A DNA stretch of 64,000 bases from Rhodosorus marinus CCMP1338 (taxonomy: Eukaryota; Plantae; Rhodophyta): assembly GCA_029953675.1 (NCBI GenBank), contig JAMWBK010000003.1, positions 3,038,001-3,102,000 of the forward strand, read 5' to 3'. Both the position numbers and the translations under genes were made by a program. Positions within the stretch are counted from its first letter, which is position 1. The number at the start of each line of letters is the position of its first letter. The notes beneath the pieces were generated by a model. The model had not been told where the DNA came from and ran no database searches. It saw only the letters and a list, made by a program, of their open reading frames with translations. Positions 1 through 12,110 of this stretch are shown piece by piece.

Positions 1-714
1 AACTTCCTGGGGATTGAAATATGTTGTAATAACCTCTGTGGATCGGGATGACTACGAGGACGGAGGATCTGCTCATATTGCGAAGACAGTTAAGGAGATG
101 AAAAAGCGTCAGAGCGACCTTCTGATTGAGGTTTTAGCCCCTGACTTTCGGGGTAGTTTGAAGGATGTTGAGAAGGTAGCCGGTTGCGGGTTGGATGTGT
201 ATGCCCACAATTTGGAAACAGTGGAAAGATTGCAGAGAGCTGTGCGGGACTATCGCGCGGGGTACAAGCAGAGTCTGAAAACATTGGAAGCGGCGAAGTC
301 ACACGCACCGCATGTGGTAACGAAAACCTCGTTGATGCTCGGTGTGGGTGAGAGCCATGAAGAAATCAGACAAACAATGCGTGATTTGCGAGATTGTGGG
401 GTGGAAGTGGTCACGTTCGGACAATATCTGCGCCCAAGCAAGCGCCATCTTAAAGTAGAGCAGTGGGTCCCTCCGCATGAGTTCGAAATGTGGCAACAAG
501 AAGGCGAACAAATGGGTTTCCGGTAAGTAGAGCATTCAATTCGGAATGAGTAGATTGCCCGCTGGACTCTTTAGCAGGAAGGTCTCATTGTCTTATACGT
601 CCCTTTAGGTATGTGGCGTCTGGTCCGCTCGTTCGAAGCTCCTATAAGGCTGGAGAGTTTTATTTGTCCGCGCTCGTGAAAGAGAGGCAAAAGCAGATGC
701 TTCAGGCGGCATGA
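1..714 (+). CDS. LIAS: Lipoyl synthase (radical SAM), 5'-truncated by the window edge; one intron (~523-608)
   Basis: Motifs [38 protein letters not shown] and VTFGQYLRP. After the intron the frame continues [16 protein letters not shown], the conserved LipA C-terminus. Stop at 712-714. Confidence 0.95.
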
Positions 715-955
715 CAGGGAACTTTAAGAGTGTGTTTTTTTAGTTTAGAACGTGAGACTGCGACCCATGCACTCTGTATCTTCCCAAGGCAAGGTTTGAG
801 GCGAAAGCAGGACGAATAAGCTTTCCGGCTGGCTTGCATAATTAAAATGATCCTATTGATACTTTTAACTTGATATGTCCCTTCCAAGCTCGCGCCGTGA
901 CAAGGCTCTAGTGACGGTGTACATCTCGAGGCGCGGTCTTTTTTTTTTAATCCTT

Positions 956-2050
956 CTATTGCGTCAATTCTGCCCCTCTTTCTCGCTTCCGTTCAAAGTA
1001 CCTGACCACCTGAGGAGGCGGAGCATCCACCCATTCATCCTCATAGCCGTGTTCTCTTTCCCAGGCTTCCTGGAGCAGCTTTACCAGGCCACTCTGAGCG
1101 TCGAAGCTGGTGCCGATGTTTTCTCGGAAGCATATGCGGTACTCAAATGTGTTTTCCTCAGTGGTCACTCGAATATCAAGACCGAGCCTATCCAACGACA
1201 CCACGGACGCGGTGAAGGTGTCCTCGATACCACAGAATATAGTACACAAGCGCCTCATGTCCTCTGAGCCAGAAGAATTTAGCCTGTCAATGAGCTTCGT
1301 CGCTTCAAAAGCAATAGGATCCGGTTCCGCTTTCGTATAATCTTCCATTGGTACCCACGTCGCGGCAACTCCAAAACCTCCTACGAAGTAGACATCCTCT
1401 ACCTCCATTCTGTAAAAGTGGAAGGCTTCTGCATACGTAAGAGCCTCCTTGGCGTGTGGATGCCTCTCGACGAAGAAATCAACAAGTTCTTCCAGATCCA
1501 CACGGGAAACGCGCTCGACCGAGCCGATGAGGGTGGCTCTTCCCCCAGATTGTCCGGAGCTGGTTGGCGGCTGACAGAAGAGGGAAATCTTATTATGCTT
1601 TTTCAGATTGCCCGTATGAGCCGCACTATTCGCAAGGAGCATGATAGGTCTACCATCTTGGTCCAATATGTAGTCAACGTGAGAGCCAAAGGGAACACCG
1701 TCGTGTCTAACAGACGAGGTGCACAAGGTACCCTAACATAAGAACAAGCGGAGCCAAAATATCTCAGAAAAATCCAAGAACATACACCATCGTCTAATTG
1801 CTTAAAATATCCGACTTACCGTTGAGCACGTATTCACAACGGTTCTCGCACGTTCACCAAGAGAAAGCTGGTACGTTGGGCTGTCACCCTCACTTTCCCC
1901 CTTATGATGTTCAATCACAACATGCGAATTCGTTCTCGAATTCTCAGCTGACATCGCAGTCCTCCATCTTCTCCTCGCCAACCCTTCACCCTTGGCAGAT
2001 CTCACACTCCCGCCAGTCGCAGATACCCCGACAAACCCAATCACATCCAT
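956..2050 (-). CDS. Plastid-targeted PNPOx-like/HugZ-family (split-barrel plus DUF2470-like) protein, 2 exons
   Basis: Exon 1 MDVIGFVGVS...LSLGERARTVVNTCST ends at a GTAAGT donor. Exon 2 has GTLCTSS, PFGSHVDY, HTGNL, RATLIG, YFVGGFG and LDRLGLD, typical of the HugZ/GluTR-binding/HOZ family. Confidence 0.8.
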
Positions 2051-2112
2051 CCTCACCTCCCCCCAAAGCAACTAATTCACAACGCCTCCAAAACCCCACC
2101 CCCCCAACTAAA

Positions 2113-2280
2113 CCAACAAAAAAAACGTATCCAACAATTCTCCTACGTTCCCTCCAATCCCCCCACCAAAAAAAACGTATCCAACAATTCTCCTACGTTC
2201 CCTCCAATCCCCCAACAAAAAAAACGTATCCAACAATTCTCCTACGTTCCATCCAACTGTTCTCCTACGTTCCCTCCCAA
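2113..2280. repeat. ~50-bp tandem repeat, 3 copies plus a partial copy
   Basis: Unit CCAACAAAAAAAACGTATCCAACAATTCTCCTACGTTCCCTCCAATCCCC starts near 2113, 2166 and 2212. Confidence 0.85.
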
Positions 2281-3480
2281 CCCAAACATTTCTCCAACAC
2301 CAAATTCCCCTAAGCATCCCTATCCTTCTTCTTCCCCAAAACCCGAACCCCCACACACATAGCTCCCCACAAAACTTTCTACTACTTTCACCAAAATCAA
2401 TATAAAATCTTCTAAAACACAAAACTTTTACCCATGGAGATTCCGTTTAATATACCAATTGAGATGGTTTTCCTGTTGCCTAAGCATCTCCGCAAAACCC
2501 CTCACCGACGGTCACAAAACACCAAAAAACTTCCCATACCATCCCTCGGGCTTCCCCAAAAAGGTTTTAAAGGTTTTTAAACGTCACCTACTTTTATTTA
2601 TATTGATTGATTGAATATTTATTATTATATATTTTATTTCCATTTGGTTCTTATATAGACTGAATGAACAGATGATGGTTAAATACTTTTGTTGCTGTTC
2701 TCGAGGACGTGGTATACTGAGTCAGTCCAAATTGGAATTAAAATATGTAATAATATCCTTATTTCAGTCATTTACCAAACTGCGTCAGCGAGATTTTTTT
2801 TTTTGGATGTCCACGGGATTCTGTTACCGCGTGGGATAATCTTGATTTGTTTAATAAATAGTTGATACTATAATATTTATCGAATTTATTTTTCTTTATT
2901 GTTGTAATTTGGTATTTGAGAGGTATATCTATTTTTTAAATTTTATACGAACTAATTCACTGTTATTATTTAAATAAAAAGAGGGTATTGATATGAAATA
3001 TTTAAAAACAGTACATGGAAGAGTAATTTTAGAGAAGCCTTCACGAAAATTAAGTCTAAAGGATAATATTTTATTCATAAAATGTTTGTTTCTTACGGGG
3101 CTGGGAGAGCAGTTGTCAATCTCATCGGCACTTTTTGCGGTGCCATCCGGGATGGGGATGCTCTTCTGAAGATGTCTGCGAAAGTCTTGACGAAGTTTTC
3201 TGCTAGTTAGGCGGTTAGGCAAAAACTACAGAGGCTTACAACATAGATATTTGGAACCCACCCTCGAAGCAGATTGAGGGGGGGGCCGGGTGAAATTCGC
3301 TCTTTAGGTCCGGTCAAAGAGGACTCTGCCTGTGGAGTTGCTTATAGTCTTCGCGGCTTGGAACTCGAGAAAATGGGCCTCAGAATCGAAAAAGGGAGTT
3401 TCGCCCTGTGGACGTCGCCAGTGGTTCACACTGCTTTGACACAAAGATAGCTAGAAACGACGGTTTCGCCAAACGGCAGC

Positions 3481-3572
3481 GATTGATTTCCAGACCTGGA
3501 ACTTTTTAGTTATTTACTGTGCAATAGTTATAGACACCAAAGGCTCGGAAATTCCAGACCTGGAAATCAATC
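3481..3572. repeat. 92-bp element bounded by 21-bp imperfect inverted repeats
   Basis: Arms GATTGATTTCCAGACCTGGAA (3481-3501) and TTCCAGACCTGGAAATCAATC (3552-3572) are 19/21 reverse-complementary. Each contains the palindrome TTCCAG-AC-CTGGAA. Confidence 0.6.
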
Positions 3573-4742
3573 TCTTGGAGTGAGAGACCTTTCGGGGCCC
3601 TCGATCTCTCCGCGAAAGCAAGCTGCTTTGTATTAGCCGAGGCAGTGCTTTCAACTGCTTTCACAGTCTGTTAGAAAAAAACAACCCAGTATGGCCTGGT
3701 TCACGCACTGCCAACTGCTACGCCTATCTGTGTATCATGTGGTGCATTTGCTCGCACTAAATGTGTACCCGTGATCGCGCTCGTGGCTACCGGCGTTTGT
3801 TTCCGCCAGTCTGACAATGGGTCATCATGGGGTTGTTGATAAAACTTCTGAATCAATTCGGCACCGGCGACCGTCAGCTGAAGATATGAGAGTTATCGCC
3901 GTTCGCAGGATTTTGCTGTCCCTGGAGATTGTCCCAAGACAATTTCAAGCATTGGATGTTGCAAGTTTAGCATTATCAGAAAATCTGGCTGACGGAAAGA
4001 CCAATCTGAGAAGAAGGCAAGCAAGAGCGCTTACTCTGCATGACACTTGATCTTCACCCCAGCTTGCTCTACTGCGAGGACGTCAAAGGCCGTGCCATGC
4101 GTATCACCAAAGTTTGACACAAGCGAGCTTTCAAGCAGACCGCGCCATCCGATTTCACTGAGAACTCCGAGCTCGCCATCCGCAAACCTTCTAAACCTCG
4201 TTTCCAATAAGAAAAACACTACATTCTGGTCAGCAAACAGACGAAGCCGTCCTCAAGCGCGTTCTTGTGAGGTCACCTACAACTCTGCGCTTATGTGCAC
4301 ATCCGAGCTTGTGCCACCACCTACATCATCACCCATTAAAACATTCAAACCCTCGACGAGTACAGAAACCCTTCTTTTCCACCTCAAACCCCTTCGTGCA
4401 TAGGCATTTCAATAACTCTCATGGGGACAGGCGTTACAAAGATGATCAAACAACTGAGCGGATGAAGAAGACGATTCCCCCGCCGAAGAGACGTTAACCG
4501 TGACACTCAAAATTTGCCAAAGATTCCATAAAAAATCAATCACGAAACGCAATTCTACGGCCGTGGCTGAAAATCCTTCTTGATAAGTGGATTGGTCGAT
4601 CTAGTTGGGAGGAGGATGGTCAGGCGATCCTGTTGATGGACACCCTAAAGCTCTTTCCTTTCCAGGGTTGAATAAGGACTCTCCTGTCAAGTTGCTTACG
4701 TTTTCCCTTCATCAGTCGATCGTGAGAGAAGGCACGCTAAGG

Positions 4743-5991
4743 ATGGCGTTCGTTCAGCCGAACTTTTTCGCGTTTAAGATTGCGCATAGGACAAGTCCTC
4801 CTCGAAACCGGGCTTGGTTTGGGAGAGTGAGAGTGAACCGCGAAGAAGGCAGGCGATGGTAAGTTACCTTACCAGAAGCTAGCGGCGGCTTTTGAGGTCA
4901 ATCTGATTCGCTGAGTACTGGGCCGGCTGGAACAGGGACTTGGAGCTCGTGAGCCCTTGTAAGATCAACCTGTTCCTGAGGATTATAAGAAAACGGGAGG
5001 ATGGATACCACGAGCTTGCTTCCATGTTCCAAGCAATTTCTCTACACGATGATCTTTTGTTCGACGTTCTTCCCGACGATGCTGAAGGGGATCAGCTTGA
5101 ATGTGAGGACCCTAATGTGCCGCTTGATAGGAACAATCTGGTTTTAAAAGCCATCGATGTGTTTAGAAAGCGTACCGGAAGGACGGAGAAGTTCAGGGTG
5201 AAGCTAAACAAGCGGGTGCCAGTTCAAGCCGGTTTAGGAGGAGGTTCTGCAAACGCCGCCACTGCACTTTGGGGCGTTAACCAACTATGTGGAAAGATCG
5301 CAACCAACGAAGAGCTCGCTGATTACGGAGCCGAGATCGGATCAGATATTTCTTTCTTCTTCTCTCTAGGTACTGCTTATTGTACAGGACGTGGAGAGGT
5401 CAGTACTCTCGACAACACAGTTACTATATCTGCTCTGAAGGACGCTCAATCGAATTCTTTTGTTTGAATCCCTTACGTTAATAGAAACTCGAAAACGTTT
5501 CAGAACTAATGCCGACTTCGCTCTATATCATCAAGCCCAAGGAGGGCCTATCGACAGGGGAGGTTTTCAAAAACCTGGTAAGGAATTCCTCACTTCCTCA
5601 TGTCGCAGAACGAAAGCCAGTGAGTATAGCTTATCCCGATACGTCCCGGACGATATAGGACATCGCGTCAATAGAAGATCGCGATCCGTTGAAGCTAAAG
5701 GAGAAATTGGAGCAGGAAAGCATCTACACTGCTGAGTTTGTGAACGACCTTGAAGTGCCGTCGTTCAAACTGTGTCCGAAGCTCGCAGACATCAAACAGG
5801 CTAGTGAAGAAGCTGGCTTCAAAGTGGTCCTCATGAGCGGTTCTGGTACATCTTTCTTCTGCCTGGGAGAGCCACATCGAGACTTCGTGGAAATTTTCGA
5901 AGAGCGTATGAAAGAGCTCTTCAACGTCGACATTTATCAAACCAGATTTCTTAATCGAAAGGACGCAGATCATTGGTATTTACAGTCATAG
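4743..5991 (+). CDS. ispE: 4-diphosphocytidyl-2-C-methyl-D-erythritol kinase (MEP pathway), plastid-targeted, multi-exon
   Basis: Exon 1 (4743-4858) encodes MAFVQPNFF..., transit-peptide-like. Exon 2 starts at 4936. Motifs KINLFL, YHELASMF, PVQAGLGGGSANAA, GSDISFF and MSGSGT. Confidence 0.95.
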
Positions 5992-6566
5992 GAAGAAGAA
6001 GAAAACTGATACAGATCTTTTGTTTTTTGTTTCTCCTGGTGGTTTCCTCAACTATACATTGCAGATTCTCTACTCGTTCTCCATGTTCAAGGCTGGATGA
6101 GCTGGTGTATGGCGACCTTACCAGACAACGACCCCAGCTAGAATATTAACTTTAACTTGTGCTTCATGAAGAGAGGGCTAGCTGGAGCTTTTCCAACCAG
6201 GACTTTTCCCACCTTCGGAAAACGATTGTTGAACATGGGGAGACGAGCATCGACGCGCATCCTGTCCAACACGAACCAAAGACCCACAAGCATGTAAGAA
6301 ACCACGAACATCACGTCGTTCAATCCGCTAGTCCAGCCAACCGTGGTTGAGAGCTCAGTGCCTTAAAAGTTATCTCATTCGCTTCCCACGAATGGGAAGC
6401 GTCCGAAGTCTAACATGCAAATTCTTAAGGTATTCCTCATCAGCGCCCTCCTAGAAACCGTTTATCTACAATTCCAGGGTACTTACCAGTATGCAAGGAT
6501 TCAACCCTTGCAAATGAGCGGTTAGCTCGAAAGTGTTGTCAGTTTGGACGCGCCCAGTTAGTGATT

Positions 6567-8345
6567 TCAGATTACGGACATTCTTCTGCTACGAGCCTGT
6601 TTGCGCTGTTCATTCTGGTCAGAGACTTCAAGGACGAGTCTTGAGAGCTCTCTGAGCTCAGGGAGTTTGGAAAGCGTTGACCAATGTCTCTTCACCTCCT
6701 TCTTCGCAAGCTCCCACTTCTCGGTCAAGTCTGCCATTGTGGTATCGGCCCTCTCCTTGTACCGCCTTGCGAATGCCTTGTACTGCTCGACCTGCTCCTT
6801 CATGTTCTTAATCTCTTGGTCCTTGGAATTCTCGTCTTCCATCTCCGCCTTGGCTCGAAGGCTTTCGTTGTCGTTCTCAAGGATCTTCTGCTTAAAGTGG
6901 GACCTCTTCAGGTCGCCCTCTAGCTCCGTCAACTTCTTCTTTAGTGCACTAATCTCTTCGTCGTTCCGAGGTGCAGACCGGTTGCGCTCATTTTCAGATT
7001 CGATTTCCACGAGCCTATCACTCAAGCTCTTCAAGTCACCAACTAGTCTCTTGTTCTCAGAAGCCAGTTTCTTGATATTCTCAGAGGAGGATTCCCTCAA
7101 ACGTCTCTCTCTCTCTAGTTCCTCTTTTTTCGCGACGATCTCGCGCCTTGCGGTCTCGATAGCAGAGTTGTGCTGACGTCGCACTTCCTCCAAGGTGTTC
7201 TTCGCCAGATCCCTATCCGTCTCCAGCTGTCCCGTAGTTTCACGAAGGGTACGGCACTCTTGCTGGTGTAAGGCGGCCTTCTTCTCAGCGCTTTCAAGCT
7301 CCTCCCTCAACACTTCGACCTTCCTAGACACCTTTCTGTACGTCAGTTTCGACTCCTGCTCGGCCTTCCGGGATAAAACTTCCATTTTAGCCAACTTGGA
7401 CTTGAGCTCAACCATTTCTTCCGAAACTTGCGTCGAGTAGGCCTCCAATTCGTGCTTTTCCAAGTCAGAAAACTCAAGGAGGGAATCCAGCTCACTCCTC
7501 AGAAGGTCGTGCTTGCTTAAAGTCTCTTGCTCTTTGCTGGAATGATCGATAATCAACCCGATGGAAGTCACCATTGACTCCATTATTCCTTCAACGGAAG
7601 TCTGAATTAGTTGTTCTTCGGCGCACGCAAGTTGACACTCGAGGGCTCTGATTTTGGCACTTTCGTTTCCATGTTTGTCCTCTACAACAACAGCTGTCTC
7701 GATCATACTCATACTTGCATTTGGAATGGTCGTGTTATTGTTAACCATGCATTCGAGTGCAGCCAGTTCATTCGTCCGATTCTCGAGTTCCTCCGCCAAC
7801 CTTTTGTTCTCCTCGTCGAGATGAAGGAGTCGGTCCGTTTGCTTCGATATGCGCTTTAGGAGACCGCTCTTCATTTTTAACGCATCCATTGACTCATTTC
7901 TGATTACCTCCGCGTCTCTACGCAGCTCCTCAGCATCTCTGAGTTCGGCGATGGTCCTCTGAACTTTCAGTGCGTTCTCACGCGCCTCGAGATCTTTCCT
8001 CTCCAGAGAACTCATCAGTCGTTTGTAATCCTCCCTTCTCGCTTCCTCCGAAATCTGCATTTGGTTCAACTGGTCTTGAAGTATTCTTACTACTGGATTC
8101 TTCTCCTCACCTAAGCTCCCGTGTGCATCAGCCCTCTCCGGAGACTTGCCGAGAAGCTTTTGCTGACCCTGGACCACTCCTTTCACAACAATATTCTTCT
8201 TGAGCTCACCAGGAAATACTTTTCCCACCTCCAGACCAGGTAGCTTCGTTAATCGCGCTGGAGTCCATGCCTCACTATTGATAGTATTCTTCTCCAGAAC
8301 TCCCAACGGCTTCCTGCCACCCATCCCCACAGACATCGACTCCAT
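6567..8345 (-). CDS. Long coiled-coil protein of unknown function (592 aa ORF; extra 3' exons possible)
   Basis: Uninterrupted 592-codon ORF, E/K/L/R-rich with heptad-like pattern. The N-terminus has RKPLGVLEKN, a D-box-like motif. Confidence 0.8.
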   Translation of the reverse strand: MESMSVGMGGRKPLGVLEKNTINSEAWTPARLTKLPGLEVGKVFPGELKKNIVVKGVVQGQQKLLGKSPERADAHGSLGEEKNPVVRILQDQLNQMQISEEARREDYKRLMSSLERKDLEARENALKVQRTIAELRDAEELRRDAEVIRNESMDALKMKSGLLKRISKQTDRLLHLDEENKRLAEELENRTNELAALECMVNNNTTIPNASMSMIETAVVVEDKHGNESAKIRALECQLACAEEQLIQTSVEGIMESMVTSIGLIIDHSSKEQETLSKHDLLRSELDSLLEFSDLEKHELEAYSTQVSEEMVELKSKLAKMEVLSRKAEQESKLTYRKVSRKVEVLREELESAEKKAALHQQECRTLRETTGQLETDRDLAKNTLEEVRRQHNSAIETARREIVAKKEELERERRLRESSSENIKKLASENKRLVGDLKSLSDRLVEIESENERNRSAPRNDEEISALKKKLTELEGDLKRSHFKQKILENDNESLRAKAEMEDENSKDQEIKNMKEQVEQYKAFARRYKERADTTMADLTEKWELAKKEVKRHWSTLSKLPELRELSRLVLEVSDQNEQRKQARSRRMSVI

Positions 8346-8760
8346 CCTCGGCTCTCAGAGATCTAGCCAGACCTGAAAACCCTGGTGTCGCTTTCAACAA
8401 AAGCCAAGCGATTCTTGTCTTCACTGACTTGGAGCTACTTGCTATGTATCCATACTCCTCCTCTTCGGTCATCGAAAATCGAACTGTTGAACCAGAGCCA
8501 GCCAGGTCCATTGCAAAATCATACGCCCATGGAGATCGCCGATTAATCCCATTTCCCTCTTTGACCCAAAAACCTCCATTTTTGTTCAAACATTTCAAAA
8601 ACCGAAATTGAAAATACGCAATATTTTAATTAAATTCTACTAGCAGAAACTAGCCGTTAAAACGGAGGCAATGGTCCGGACGGAGTTGCTAACCGCCGAG
8701 AGGATTTTGGGAAGAGAGCAAAATGGGAAGACGAACACGAGCAGTCGGGAAGTTGATATC

Positions 8761-10150
8761 TTAGAGTGAGCTAGATCTTTTCTTATGGGGAGGCTGGGTG
8801 GTGGGCGTTGGGTTTCTTGGGCGGACTCCTAGAAGCATTTGTGTGGCCGTAGCAACTTCCCGTTGGCTGTTTGCAACCCCACGTCGTGAGCTTTTCAGAA
8901 TCCGTGGCTGGTTAGGCAAGCGCAGAACGGTGAATTTACTAATAGAATCGATTCTTTTTGGGCTGAGAAGATGGTGTCGCACACTTTTGTCTTGGGAGCC
9001 CCTACGATCGTCGCTAAAGAACTTAATTCTCCCGAAGGACCTTCAGCGGGGGGTGGTATCAGCTGCTCCAGGGTGGACGGCCATCCTTGAGTCCCCAAGC
9101 GCAACGACCAGCACTCCTACTGGTCTGACGACGGTGGAGCGAGTGGACTTTCCCAACTTCCGAGGGTACGACAGGCGAAGGGCGATCTCACTAGGTGAGC
9201 TAGGGAATCTATGAGAAGCTTCCTGGCCACAGACTTCATTGATCTCTGCGAGGTTATTCCCATGGGGGAATAGCACCTACGGTCGAAGTACATTGCTTGG
9301 GCGAATATCTGAACCGAACACCCCCCACCGCCCCAAGAAAACAAGTCAAACACATCTTGCGCCAGACCCTGCAATGTTAAGAAAGAGAGCACAGCGTAGA
9401 TTTATTGGCTCAACTACCCGCGCAAGCTCCAGCTTCCGCTCAACCACCTTCAAGATCCCGAAATCTAGAGATGCTCCAACGATATCACAAGCATCTTGAA
9501 ATCTGTAATAGTCCACCACCCGCTGCATGCTTTGCAAAACGGTGATCAATAGATGTTGTAAGGCCTGCGGTACCGCTCAGGTATCCGCTGACGAAGCGTA
9601 CGCCTTACGGGAACACTTCCGCAGCAGATTCCGCTAGCTGGACACCCTTTCGCTCGTCCAGGATTCAACGCATCGAGAACTCCACGAACTCATCTTCCGG
9701 CCGGGCAGGGGGGGGGGGAGGGTCACTTTGGAATACCTGTATTTTCTTCAATAATTAAAAACGATGCATATTTTTTAGGGGTTAGCTTTCTAGGGAGAGG
9801 GGTCGAAGAGCGGGGCGTTATGCGCGCGATTGGAATGCGCTTTTGCCAATCGCTCATACGCGACACTGGTATAGGCGCTGCCTATTCCATGGAGGATCGA
9901 AACCCGGTATTGAGAGGATGGGAACCTACAGTGGCCTAACAAGCAAGACTCACTTCCATATCCGACCAGGGAGCGGTTCCAAGCCTCAAGGATATCTCGA
10001 GGGTGCGCTCGTTCTTCCTCCTCTTTCCGAGCAATCCGGTTTCTCGCAGCAGAAACGAACAACCTCATCAGCTTGCAAACTTCTCATCAACGTCTCACAC
10101 GTTGGCAAGTAATATGCCAGATCCATCCTTCCATCCAGTTCACCAACATC
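8761..10150 (-). CDS. Probable multi-exon gene of unknown function (helical protein); boundaries approximate
   Basis: Short open segments linked by plausible GT-AG sites: LMRLFVSAARNRIARKEEEERAHPRDILEAWNRSL; ALQHLLITVLQSMQRVVDYYRFQDACDIVG; GLAQDVFDLFSW; RKLLIDSLAHLVRSP; PRILKSSRRGVANSQREVATATQMLLG. No family recognised. Confidence 0.45.
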
Positions 10151-10743
10151 CAATTCCCATCCTAAGGTCATAACTGTCACCACTATTTTCGCCGCGAAGA
10201 AAATCCAAACAATGAAATGAACAAAAACTTCCTGCTGGTTCCAAACCGCGAAAAACGGACACTTAACTCAAGTTGAACCAGAAAAAAAATCACAAAGTAC
10301 AAATGTTTTCAAAGCGTCCTATGAATCAATCTAAATAAAAGATTGATAAATTTAATTATTATTGTAAAGAATAAATAATCAGTCAATATTTGTTAACGGT
10401 TAGAAATTGTAGGTGACGCTTAAAATGGTTTGATCGAAATAGATTTTGGCGGTGAATCGCGGCGGGAAGGGGGGGTGCTAAGGAGAGCACGCAGGGTGGG
10501 CAGGACTTGGGGGGATGGTTGGACGGGGTAGAGGGTTTTTTTGTGGGTAGGTTGAAGTTGAGGTTTAGTAAGCCTTCTGAATGTGAGTTGGAAGAAGGTA
10601 GAAGACGAATGTTGTCTTCTTTCTTCTTTTGGATCGGAGAAGTTTTTAGTTCGTAGAATTTTTTTTGTTTATCTTTTTGAGGTTGGAAAAGGTTTGGGGC
10701 CGAGGGGAGGGAGGGGGGCGGGTTTTTGTAATTTGAAGGCAAG

Positions 10744-12110
10744 ATGTCTTCGGATAGGGATAGAGAGGAGCGAGAGTATGCGGATCGGTATAGTGATGAG
10801 AAGTACGATGACGCGGATGGAGGTGGGAGGAAGAACGAGGAAGAAATAGAGGATCGGGGGGTCGGGGATGAACGCGAAGATCGAGAAGGAAATGGCACTG
10901 GGGACCAGATGGAGGAAGAACTTGCTGTCTATGTTGGAAATTTCGAGTATAGAACCACAACAAGGGATCTTGAGAGGCTCTTTGAGAGGTTTGGATCCGT
11001 CAAGAAAGTGGACATGAAAGTTGGTAGGATGCAATGAAAAATTCAACTCGAAAACTTGGCCTTGCAAAAGCTCCGGAGGTCATAGAGTAGGAACTGACAT
11101 AGCTTGACTTTGGGGTTTGCTTTTTGCAAATAGGTTTCGCGTTTGTGTTCATGGGTAGCAAGGATGATGGTGACGATCTCATAAAGGAATTTGACGGGAC
11201 TACTTTTGGTAGCCGACAAAGACGGCTTCGAGTTGAATGGGCGAAGGGAGATGGTACATGCTTGCACACTGGGACTCGTTTGCTACCCCTGGACTTTTGT
11301 TTTTTCTGAAAACCTTTGTGTTAATTATTTTTCCTCGCTCTGTCCACCGTAGGTCGCGTGAAAAAACGCGAGGACTCAAGAAGGACTCAAAACATGGATC
11401 CGTCCGATACCGTCTTCGTGGTTGGCTTCGATCCGAGCTTGACCAAGGACGATGATCTCAGGGATTATTTCTCTGGTTCCGGCCGAATCGTGCGCTTGGA
11501 CGTGCGTGGTACGTTTGCGTTTATCCAGTATGGTTCTGTTGAAGATGCCACGGAGGCGATCAAGAACTGTCATGACACGTAAGCAAGCAAACAGAAAACA
11601 AATGTATACACCTGCCCACAGCTGGGTAAAGGTTAAGAGCGACCGCGTATAGCGCCGCTTGTTAAGCGTATACTCAGCTGACAGGAGAGGTGTTGGGCTT
11701 GTAGTGATTTGAATGGCAGAACGCTGACTGTGGAGTTTACTACGAAACGCCGAGGGGAGGACGGAGGCCGCAAGAGGGGTCGCAGCCGTAGCCCCCGCAG
11801 GCGTCGTGATGACTTTGGCCGGGGTGATCGATATCGCGACCGTGACCGTGATCATGATCGAGGTCGTGATCGTGACCGTGATCGTGATCATGACCGAGGT
11901 CGTGACCGCTACGATGACCGTGATCGTTACCGTGGTCGTGACCGCGATCGTGGTCGTGATCGTGGCCGAGACAGGGGTTACGATGACAAAGACAACTATG
12001 ATAGCCGCGGACGAGGCCGGGATGACGATCATGAAGCCGACCATCGACGCGACAGATCGCCGAGGAGGCAGCATCGCCGGCGAGACTCACCTGGATACGA
12101 CCGTGACTGA
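10744..12110 (+). CDS. SR splicing factor with two RRMs and an RD/RS-rich tail (plant RS31/RS40-type), 4 exons
   Basis: RRM1 VYVGNFEY...GFAFVFM...[10 protein letters not shown]; linker [11 protein letters not shown]; RRM2 [12 protein letters not shown]...FAFIQY; C-terminal RSRSPRRR and RDRD repeats. Confidence 0.9.

Noticed and set aside
3817-4497. Short overlapping + strand ORFs upstream of ispE
   Set aside because: No recognisable motif or consistent exon chain; left unannotated.
6381-6512. U1 snRNA-like GTACTTACCAG plus two neat hairpins
   Set aside because: No U1-70K loop (GATCAC), U1A loop (ATTGCAC) or Sm site. It is more simply a minus-strand GTAAGT splice donor.
11376-12090. Long minus-strand ORFs (232 aa, 116 aa) over the SR gene, and similar antisense ORFs over CASP, the coiled-coil gene and midasin
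   Set aside because: Shadow frames of repetitive or biased sense coding sequence.
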